This document shows, one piece after another, positions 16,264-23,427 of a stretch of 32,000 bases of DNA. The first letter of the stretch is position 1; each line of letters begins with the position of its first letter. The notes beneath the pieces were generated by a model, which was not told the DNA's origin, searched no databases, and saw nothing but the letters and a program-made list of their open reading frames with translations. Origin of the DNA: Nitrosopumilus maritimus SCM1 (GTDB lineage: Archaea > Thermoproteota > Nitrososphaeria > Nitrososphaerales > Nitrosopumilaceae); contig NC_010085.1 of NCBI RefSeq assembly GCF_000018465.1, positions 960,001-992,000 on the forward strand. Reading direction: 5' to 3'. Both the position numbers and the translations under genes were made by a program.

Positions 16264-19200
16264 CTACTGATTTTTGGACAAAACTTCATTAAGTTTGTCA
16301 TTCAAGGATTCTAGAGATTTTATCACATCAGTGGATAATGGTTTTTCAGCTTGACGATTAATCAAGAATAGAATTTGATCTTCAATCTCCTTTAGTTCCT
16401 CTTGGACTTCAGCAGAAGTCTTGCTCATGTGTTCTTTTAGTTTAACCTGAGTCTGCAACAATCTTCTAATTTGTGCTTTTTCTCGTTTTATTTGATCAAT
16501 TATCTGCATTTCATCTTCGGCAAGTTTGATCATTTGGTCTTCATGGTCTTGGTGACTCTTTTCGAGGTCTATTTTCTCTTGCTCAAGGCTTTCCATTCTC
16601 ATCTTGTTTTCAAACTCTTTTTCTCTTAGAGAACTAATCTGGGCTTCAAGGGATTCCTTCTTCTTTAGTGCTCTTTGTTCTGCAAGTACGCTGATTTGCT
16701 CAAACTTTTCAAGTTCATCTTGTAATTTTTGTATCTGTTTTTCAAGTGCAGGGGATATGACTTGGGATTTCTTTTCTGCCTCATCACGTTTCTTCATCAA
16801 TTCTACTAGTTTGATTTGTTGGGTTCGTAGGTCGTTAGTGACAGTCGCACCTGCTTCAGCTTCCTTGATTTGTGCTTGCAGTAACTTTTCATTCAAAGAT
16901 ACAGGATCAACAGGTCTTGCTTTGGATTTCTTGCCCAGTATCTTTGAAAGCCAGGATGGTTTCTTGTCTACAGATTCTTCTTGACCAGACTGGACTAGAG
17001 AGGTTTGTTTGGAAGATAATTTCTTTTCGAGTTCTTTGCGTTCTGCAGTGAGTTTTTTCAAATCAGCATGCTGAGAATTCACCTGTTTTTGAAGTGCGGT
17101 TTTTTCTGACTGGATTTGCTCTAGTTTAGATTGATGCTGTTTGGTTATGGTGTCAATTTCTGCTTGTTTTGATTCTAGTTGCTCTTTTTGTAAGGTGAGT
17201 TTGGATTCTAATTCAGGGTAGGAAGTAGGTTTGGATTTGATTTCCTCGAGTTGAGATTGTTGGAATTTTACCTTATTTTGGAGTGCAGTCTTTTCTGACT
17301 GAACTTGTTCTAGCTTGGATTGATATTGTTTGGTGATAGTGTCAATTTCTGCTTGTTTTGATTCTAGTTGTTCTCTTTCTAGTGTGAGTTGAGACTCTAT
17401 CTTAGAAGAAGGTGATTTTGACTTGAGTTCTTCTAGTTTGGATTGTTGGAATTTTACCTTATTTTGGAGTGCAGTCTTTTCTGACTGAACTTGCTCAAGT
17501 TTGGATTGGTGTTGTTTGGTTAGGGCATCAATTTCTGCTTGTTTTTTCTGCAGTTCTTGTCTTTCTAATGTTAGTTGAGATTCTAGTTTGGGTGAGGATT
17601 TTGACTGAATTGTATCGAGTTCTGCTTGTTTTGATTCTAGTTGTTTTTGAAGTGCGGTCTTTTCTGACTGGACCTGTTCTAGCTTGGATTGGTGTTGTTT
17701 GGTTAGGGCATCAATTTCTGCTTGTTTTGATTCTAGTTGTTCTTTTTGTAAAGCCAGTTGAGACTCTAGTTTAGGGTAGGAAGTAGGCTTGGATTTGATT
17801 TCTTCAAGTTTAGTTTGTTGGAACTCTATCTTATTTTGAAGTGCAATCTTTTCTGATTGTACCTGTTCTAGCTTGGATTGGTGTTGTTTGGTGATAGTGT
17901 CAATTTCTGCTTGTTTTGATTCTAGTTGCTCTTTTTGTAAAGCCAGTTGAGATTCTAATTCAGGAGAAGGTGATTTTGACTTGAGTTCTTCAAGCTCTGC
18001 TTTTTGGACTTCTAACAATTTCTGAAGTGTAGTCTTTTCTGACTGGACCTGTTCTAGCTTGGATTGGTGTTGTTTAGTGATAGTGTCAATTTCTGCTTGT
18101 TTTGATTCTAGTTGTTCTTTTTGTAAAGCCAGTTGAGATTCTAATTCAGGAGAGATTGTAGGTTTTGATTTGATTTCTTCAAGTTCTGCTTGTTTTGAAT
18201 CTAGTTGTTTTTGGAGAGCAGTCTTTTCTGATTGGACTTGTTCTAGCTTGGATTGGTGTTGTCTTGTTAGAGAATAAATCTCGGCTTGTTTTTCTTGTAG
18301 TTGCTCTTTTTGTAAAGTGAGTTTTGATTCTAATTCAGGAGAGATTGATTTTGATTTGGTTGCATCAAGTTCTGCTTGTAGTGTTTGTATTTTTTCATGA
18401 AGTGCAGTCTTTTCTGACTGGGACTTTGACATTACAGCTTGATATTCTTTCATAATATCATCTAGTTGAGCATGTTTTTTCTTGTAATCATCAACTTGAG
18501 ATTGTAATTGAGATTCCATTTTAGCTGAGGAAGATTTTGATTTGGTTGCATCAAGTTCTGCTTGCTGAGATTGGATCTTATTTTGAAGGGCAATCTTTTC
18601 GGATTGTATTTGTTCTATCTTGGATTGGTGTTGTTTGTTGATAGTGTCAATTTCTGCTTGTTTTTCTTGTAGATTGTTTTCTAGATCCGTTATTTGTTGT
18701 TCATTGTTTATTGAATTAGATTTTGATAGATTTTCCAATTGGACCTGTTGAATGTAGAGTTGTTCTTCAAGGGCTGCCTTTTCACTTGCAAGTTTCTTTT
18801 CAAAGGTAGAACGCTCTTCAGAGATAGCCTTGAGTTCAACTTGTAGTGTCTGAATCTTCTCTTCTAACATAGCCTTGTCTGCTGTAGCCTTTCGTTTTAC
18901 AGACTCATAGTCATGGGCCATCTTTTCAAGTTCAGCCTCCTGGGCTCGAATCTGCTCAGTTAGGCTGATTTTTTCCAAGTCATTTGTTTCTTGCTCAGAT
19001 TTTTTTGCAAGTAGTTCTCTGTCTTTTGCTAGTTTTTCAAGTTGTGTTTGTTGAGTTGCAATTTTTTCTTCTAGCTTCATCTTTTCAAGTTTAGCTTTTT
19101 CAAGACTCATTTTGTGTTCTGTTTCTTCTCTGTCTTGAGCAAGTCTTTCAAGCTCTGCTTGTTGAACGTGTATCTGCTCTTCAAGTTTAGCTTTTTCAAG

Positions 19201-19884
19201 AGATGCTTTTCTTGTTGCAACACTATAATCACGAGATAATTGACTGAGTTCTTCTTGTTGCTGTTTGATTTTTTCTTCAAGTTCTGCTTGTTCTACAACT
19301 TTTTTAGATTCAAACTCTGCTTCTTTTTTAGCAAGGTCTCTTTCACCACGAAGTCTCTCAAGTTCACTTTGCTGAGAATATATCTTCTCTTCTAGTTGTT
19401 TTTTACTTTCTTGAAGTTCAGTTTGTGAACTTTCGTAAGTCTTTTTTAATGCATCAAGTTCTGATTGTTTTTGTTTATGTTCTTCATCAATTGTGGAAGA
19501 GACGGTTGTAGATTCAGAGGATTTCTTTTGAGCTACCTCAGCATAATATGATTGAGTTACACTGTCAAGATAATTTTTGTCAGATGCATGTATTGTTTTT
19601 CCTTGTTTTAAAGAATGTAAAATATAGCGTAGTCTGTTAGAGTCGCCAAATCCTTCAGAAACTAGTTTTGAGATAAAATCAATTGATTGTTCTGGAGGTT
19701 GTGTCTCATCAGCAGTGTATTCTTGTTCAACTTTCTCTTCAAGGTACTGCTTATCAGACTTTGCAAGGACTTTGTTATTTTTTATAGAATTTAGTATATG
19801 GCGAAGCCTACCAACATCACCCTTATTCTGAGCGATGAGATCCTCTAGGAACGTTACAGTGTCTTCTGTAGACAGATTGACCAA
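16264..19884 (-). CDS. 1,206-aa cytoplasmic all-coiled-coil protein with internal tandem repeats. No ATPase head, TM helix or signal peptide.
   Basis: ORF in the track with a TTG start. An in-frame stop lies at 19918-19920 and there is no in-frame ATG/GTG/TTG between it and 19884. Composition is dominated by E/K/Q/L heptads. I see no Walker motif. The N-terminus has two ~45-aa related segments. Confidence 0.85.
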   Translation of the reverse strand: MVNLSTEDTVTFLEDLIAQNKGDVGRLRHILNSIKNNKVLAKSDKQYLEEKVEQEYTADETQPPEQSIDFISKLVSEGFGDSNRLRYILHSLKQGKTIHASDKNYLDSVTQSYYAEVAQKKSSESTTVSSTIDEEHKQKQSELDALKKTYESSQTELQESKKQLEEKIYSQQSELERLRGERDLAKKEAEFESKKVVEQAELEEKIKQQQEELSQLSRDYSVATRKASLEKAKLEEQIHVQQAELERLAQDREETEHKMSLEKAKLEKMKLEEKIATQQTQLEKLAKDRELLAKKSEQETNDLEKISLTEQIRAQEAELEKMAHDYESVKRKATADKAMLEEKIQTLQVELKAISEERSTFEKKLASEKAALEEQLYIQQVQLENLSKSNSINNEQQITDLENNLQEKQAEIDTINKQHQSKIEQIQSEKIALQNKIQSQQAELDATKSKSSSAKMESQLQSQVDDYKKKHAQLDDIMKEYQAVMSKSQSEKTALHEKIQTLQAELDATKSKSISPELESKLTLQKEQLQEKQAEIYSLTRQHQSKLEQVQSEKTALQKQLDSKQAELEEIKSKPTISPELESQLALQKEQLESKQAEIDTITKQHQSKLEQVQSEKTTLQKLLEVQKAELEELKSKSPSPELESQLALQKEQLESKQAEIDTITKQHQSKLEQVQSEKIALQNKIEFQQTKLEEIKSKPTSYPKLESQLALQKEQLESKQAEIDALTKQHQSKLEQVQSEKTALQKQLESKQAELDTIQSKSSPKLESQLTLERQELQKKQAEIDALTKQHQSKLEQVQSEKTALQNKVKFQQSKLEELKSKSPSSKIESQLTLEREQLESKQAEIDTITKQYQSKLEQVQSEKTALQNKVKFQQSQLEEIKSKPTSYPELESKLTLQKEQLESKQAEIDTITKQHQSKLEQIQSEKTALQKQVNSQHADLKKLTAERKELEKKLSSKQTSLVQSGQEESVDKKPSWLSKILGKKSKARPVDPVSLNEKLLQAQIKEAEAGATVTNDLRTQQIKLVELMKKRDEAEKKSQVISPALEKQIQKLQDELEKFEQISVLAEQRALKKKESLEAQISSLREKEFENKMRMESLEQEKIDLEKSHQDHEDQMIKLAEDEMQIIDQIKREKAQIRRLLQTQVKLKEHMSKTSAEVQEELKEIEDQILFLINRQAEKPLSTDVIKSLESLNDKLNEVLSKNQ
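17040..18720 (-). repeat. Nine tandem coding repeats of ~187 bp (61-64 aa) inside the coiled-coil gene
   Basis: The DNA motif (g/c)tcaatttctgcttgtttt recurs at about 17152, 17341, 17527, 17709, 17900, 18086 and 18646, with diverged copies near 18275 and 18460. Protein units look like SKPTSYPELESKLTLQKEQLESKQAEIDTITKQHQSKLEQVQSEKTALQKQL-SKQAELEEIK. Each unit begins with a short S/K/P/T hinge. Confidence 0.9.
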
Positions 19885-19951
19885 TGAAATTCGCCTAATT
19901 TGCGATCCGATATCTGCTTAATAAATTACCGATCAATTGATCTTGACAAAA

Positions 19952-21844
19952 CTAGACCTCAACAACAGGTATGGATATAGAGACTGTGGTTTTGTCATCA
20001 GAATCATCTATGCTTGTCGTGCCTGCATGGTCTTTTAGAATTACTTTAGCCATGTAGAGCAGGATGTGGTCTGTTTGAGCAATTCCAACATCATTATCAT
20101 TTAAGGGAGAAAAGATATCAGAATCCATCTTTTTGTCAGAGGTTAATTGGATAGTGATGTTGTTTTCATCTGATGTTGTTTTCATCTGAATAGCACCCTC
20201 ATCAAGATAGGTCATAAAAATATCAATTATGTATCGTAATGCTCTTTCCAACTGATGGGAATCTGCAAACACATATGCATTATCAGATTGTTCCAGGTTC
20301 ATCACCAATTCTTTCTTTGGAGTCTTTTCAATGTCTTTGAGAGAAGAAGTAATGACTTCGTTTATTTTAACATCATTCATGTCATAGGATAATTGTCCTT
20401 GTTCCAAATTGGAAATGTCATTAACAGTAGCAGTTAACAGTTTTAATTGAGACAGTGTATTGTCAATTGAGTTAAGGACTTCGTCTTTTGTTAGTTTATT
20501 ATTTTTTAAAAGATCTGCATTTTTAGCTATATCGCTAATTGATTGATTTGTTTGTTTAGAGATAAATCCCATTATGCTTTTTGTCCATGAATCAGTTTTT
20601 TCAATTTTAGATAATGCCCGTTCTAGTTCATCAGTTCGTAATTTTACAAGATCAGTCAAATTGGAGTTTGTAAAATTAATGCTATCTCTCATGTATTCAA
20701 ACTTGTTAGCAAGATCACCTATTTCATCATCTGTTTTAATGTCAAAGTAAACATCAAAGTTTCCATCTGCGATTTGAGAAGATGCATCACGTAATTCTAT
20801 CAAAGGTTTGGAAATAGATGTTTTAATGTAGAACCAAACAATTACTGCAGACATTATCGTAGTAACAAGTACAATCAAAATTATGTTAGTTAATACAATT
20901 ACAGGAGATAAAACTTCATCAATGTTCTTTTCTACAACTAAATTCCACCCTAGAGGCAATGATGTTTGATCAGGTTTTGCATAAACTTTGAGAATATCAC
21001 TTCCTTCAGCACTTTGAGCAATGTAAAAATCTGATTCTTCAGACATCAAGAGAAATTCTACAAGAGAGATATTCTCACCAAATTCAGAGCCAGTAGTAGA
21101 GTAAATCACTTGGCCTTTATCATCATGAAGAAAAATATTCGTTCCTAGGAACTTGTTTGTCTGTTGGAGATCATGAATTTCAGCTATCAAATCCTGAAGT
21201 TTTATTGTAGTCTTCAAGACACCTAAAAATTCTCCATTTTCATTGTCAATTCTAATTGCAATATTTTGTGAATAAACTTGTGAATCATTATCATAAGATA
21301 CCGGATCTACAAAATTTCCAGTAGAAACTACAGTACTCCACCACTCAGCGTCTTTTACATAATATTCAGGAATGCCACGGTCATATGCAACCAAGATTCC
21401 ATTTTGATTAAAGATTCCAATTTGATCATATATTGGATAAGAGAATTTGGTCTCAACAAGATTTGATGCAAAAACTAATTTTTCAGATAATTCATTGCCT
21501 TTGATTTCATCCATTAAAGGCAAAATTTGGTTTTGATCAAGTGCATCATTCCATTCAGTGTTTGTTTCACTTATCTGAGAATCAGTCAAATCCACAGATT
21601 GAGAATTTGATTCGAATAGAACATCATAAACAAGATCTTTATCAGAAAATTCAATCAAACCATAGGTTTTGTCATCAATGCCTTGAGTCATGTCAGAGAC
21701 AACATCAGATAATGATTGAGAATAATCCTGACCAATGTTGGCAATAAGATTATCTTGTGTCGTAGTAACTATAAGAAACCCCATAATCACAATTGATGTA
21801 ATTATAACTGTAAAACTAAGTAGGATTTTCTTTCCTATCTGCAC
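19952..21844 (-). CDS. Membrane sensor: TM1, extracytoplasmic Cache-like domain, TM2, HAMP, then a degenerate (pseudo) histidine-kinase DHp and catalytic module
   Basis: ORF in the track with a GTG start. TM1 spans aa 7-27. The Cache-like stretches are PVSYDNDSQVYSQNIAIRIDNENGEFLGVLKTTIKLQDL and IFLHDDKGQVIYST. TM2 spans aa ~313-339. HAMP reads ISKPLIELRDASSQIADGNFDVYFDIKTDDEIGDLANKFEYM. The H-box position reads FISKQTNQSISDI (Lys430 where His is expected). The N, G1 and G2 boxes are replaced: LRYIIDIFMTY, LTSDKKMDSD, TDHILLYMAK. Confidence 0.85.
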   Translation of the reverse strand: MQIGKKILLSFTVIITSIVIMGFLIVTTTQDNLIANIGQDYSQSLSDVVSDMTQGIDDKTYGLIEFSDKDLVYDVLFESNSQSVDLTDSQISETNTEWNDALDQNQILPLMDEIKGNELSEKLVFASNLVETKFSYPIYDQIGIFNQNGILVAYDRGIPEYYVKDAEWWSTVVSTGNFVDPVSYDNDSQVYSQNIAIRIDNENGEFLGVLKTTIKLQDLIAEIHDLQQTNKFLGTNIFLHDDKGQVIYSTTGSEFGENISLVEFLLMSEESDFYIAQSAEGSDILKVYAKPDQTSLPLGWNLVVEKNIDEVLSPVIVLTNIILIVLVTTIMSAVIVWFYIKTSISKPLIELRDASSQIADGNFDVYFDIKTDDEIGDLANKFEYMRDSINFTNSNLTDLVKLRTDELERALSKIEKTDSWTKSIMGFISKQTNQSISDIAKNADLLKNNKLTKDEVLNSIDNTLSQLKLLTATVNDISNLEQGQLSYDMNDVKINEVITSSLKDIEKTPKKELVMNLEQSDNAYVFADSHQLERALRYIIDIFMTYLDEGAIQMKTTSDENNITIQLTSDKKMDSDIFSPLNDNDVGIAQTDHILLYMAKVILKDHAGTTSIDDSDDKTTVSISIPVVEV

Positions 21845-21865
21845 CCTTCTACACCTTTACTGATT

Positions 21866-21873
21866 TATATAAA
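21866..21873 (-). promoter_or_regulatory. Archaeal TATA box (TTTATATA) for the sensor gene
   Basis: The minus strand reads gaaTTTATATAaatcagtaaaggtgtagaaggGTG. There are 21 nt between the box and the GTG at 21844, giving leaderless geometry. Confidence 0.55.
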
Positions 21874-21988
21874 TTCTAAAGTAAAAATTCCTGATTCATC
21901 AAATATCTATTTTTTAAATCAGAGTACAAAAATGTCACAGGTAAAGCAGAAGATTTAAACTGATTATTTTCATATTCGAAAATACGGT

Positions 21989-22393
21989 TTGTCAGATAGT
22001 GAAGAGATTATCAAAGTAATTGAAGCATTGTTTGAAGCAGGCATTACAAAAGACACATCAGTTCTAAAAGACATTCACCTCAACGACCCAAAATTTTCTA
22101 GTTTCAGTGACTTGCCACCATATGACCTAAAAGATTATCAAAATACCATAGAATTAGAGGAACTCAAGTTTGTCAGTATTTCAGATTATAGTTATGAGAT
22201 AAAAAATCCAAAAATCAGTATTTTTGGAGATTCAGCAGTTGTTGCAATGGAATTAAACCAGAAAGGAATGCTAGTTGATACCAAAGCATACACAGGAGAA
22301 CATATGGAAATTGAAGGTAGAGCCACTTTTGTTTTAGTAAAGCAACCAACATGGAAAATTGCACACATTCACCTATCAAAGATTAATGGATGA
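21989..22393 (+). CDS. Small NTF2/SnoaL-like (DUF4440-type) protein, 134 aa
   Basis: ORF in the track with a TTG start. Size and the C-terminal W-K-I-A-H-I-H-L-S motif fit NTF2-like cone folds. This is pattern recognition only. Confidence 0.6.
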   Translation: MSDSEEIIKVIEALFEAGITKDTSVLKDIHLNDPKFSSFSDLPPYDLKDYQNTIELEELKFVSISDYSYEIKNPKISIFGDSAVVAMELNQKGMLVDTKAYTGEHMEIEGRATFVLVKQPTWKIAHIHLSKING

Positions 22394-22394
22394 A

Positions 22395-23390
22395 TTAATT
22401 CTTTTTTGGTTGAGGTTTGTTTTGGGGTTTGTTTGACTTGTTTTGGTTTGGCTTTTTGCCTTTGGTTTTGTTTTGATTAGGATTCTTTCCTTTTGATTTG
22501 TTTTGGTTTGGCTTTTTGCCTTTGGTTTTGTTTTGATTAGGATTCTTTCCTTTTGATTTGTTTTGGTTTGGCTTTTTGCCTTTTGATTTTTGTTTCTTGT
22601 TTGAATCTTCGTTTGCAAGTTTTTTGTATAGTTTGAAAGCTTGATCAACATTTGCATTTTGATGAATAATTGCTCTTGTTGCTCTAATCATGGCAACTGG
22701 ATGATCAGATTGCCAGATGTTTCGTCCCATATCAACACCAACAGCACCTGCCTTGACAGCATTGTAAGTTAATTGTAATGCATCACGTTCTGGGATTTTC
22801 TTTCCTCCTGCAACAATAATTGGTACAGGACAAGATTCAACAACTTTTTCAAAATTATCACAATAGTATGTTTTTACAATATGTGCGCCTTGTTCTGCAG
22901 CCATTCTACAAGCTAGAGAGAGATATCTTGCATCTTTGCCCAATTCTTTGCCAACTGCAGTTACGGCCAAAACCGGAATGCCATATTGCTCTGCTTCGCT
23001 GACTAGTTTTCCGAGATTAACAACTGTTTGATATTCATATTTTGAGCCTACAAAGATAGACATTGCAAGGGCACTAGCATTTAGTCTAATGGCATCTTGG
23101 ATTGATACTGTAATGTCTTCTTGAGACAAGTCATCACCAATAATACTAGAACCACCAGATACACGAAGTACCATAGGAGTATCAGTTTCTGCAGGAACAG
23201 ATGTTCTCTGAACACCTCTAGTTAACATCAAAGAATCACAGTGTTTCAATAGAGGTGCAATGACCTTTTTTGGATTCTCTAATCTCTCAGTTGGTCCAAG
23301 AAAATATCCATGATCAACTGCTAACATAAGTGCGCGGTTATTGTGTGGTTTAATTATACTAGATAATCTGTTTTTTAATCCCCAATCCAT
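22395..23390 (-). CDS. DhnA-family class I aldolase (LsrF / ADH-synthase / archaeal FBA-like, DeoC-LacD superfamily) with a 70-aa polybasic C-terminal extension
   Basis: ATG ORF. N-terminus DWGLKNRLSSIIKPHNNRALMLAVDHGYFLGP. Schiff-base lysine context GAHIVKTYY. CPVPIIVAGGKK and GVDMGRNIWQ are characteristic of this family. The core ends near AFKLYKKLANE, then a K/N/Q/P repeat tail follows. Confidence 0.85.
   Translation of the reverse strand: MDWGLKNRLSSIIKPHNNRALMLAVDHGYFLGPTERLENPKKVIAPLLKHCDSLMLTRGVQRTSVPAETDTPMVLRVSGGSSIIGDDLSQEDITVSIQDAIRLNASALAMSIFVGSKYEYQTVVNLGKLVSEAEQYGIPVLAVTAVGKELGKDARYLSLACRMAAEQGAHIVKTYYCDNFEKVVESCPVPIIVAGGKKIPERDALQLTYNAVKAGAVGVDMGRNIWQSDHPVAMIRATRAIIHQNANVDQAFKLYKKLANEDSNKKQKSKGKKPNQNKSKGKNPNQNKTKGKKPNQNKSKGKNPNQNKTKGKKPNQNKSNKPQNKPQPKKN
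22402..22407 (+). terminator. T6 tract directly downstream of the NTF2-like gene, lying inside the converging aldolase tail-coding region
   Basis: The plus strand reads TGAattaattcTTTTTTgg, followed by many further T-rich runs. Archaeal termination uses oligo-T tracts. Confidence 0.35.
22441..22583 (-). repeat. Perfect 60-bp tandem repeat (2.4 copies) encoding the KGKKPNQNKSKGKNPNQNKT units of the aldolase tail
   Basis: 22441-22500 is identical to 22501-22560. 22561-22583 repeats the first 23 bp. Each 60-mer is itself two diverged 30-bp halves. Confidence 0.95.
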
Positions 23391-23427
23391 ATTCCATCGA
23401 ATTTGAGATGCCTTTCTTAAGCCTTTC

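Noticed and set aside
15581-17774. Plus-strand ORFs 15581-16165 (194 aa), 16604-16984 and 17469-17774
   Set aside because: They are antisense shadows of E/K/Q/L-rich coiled-coil genes. Ser/Cys/Phe-rich low-complexity products with no start context; the sense-strand genes have far better protein-like features.
19952-21844. Annotating the 630-aa protein as a functional two-component histidine kinase
   Set aside because: The phospho-acceptor His and the N, G1 and G2 boxes are all substituted in my alignment to the canonical pattern, and no response regulator is nearby. I call it a pseudokinase sensor instead.
21932-21958. Mini-ORF ATGTCACAGGTAAAGCAGAAGATTTAA (8 codons) in the divergent intergenic region
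   Set aside because: It is too short, has no supporting context, and probably lies within promoter or 5' region sequence.
22441-22583. Possible CRISPR or minisatellite outside genes
   Set aside because: The repeats are directly adjacent with no spacers, they are in frame with the aldolase ORF, and there are no cas genes. It is a coding tandem repeat.
22376-22657. 93-aa minus-strand ORF overlapping the aldolase tail in another frame
   Set aside because: It is an alternative-frame reading of the same 60-bp repeat. The aldolase frame is continuous with a well-conserved enzyme core, so this is a repeat-generated artefact.
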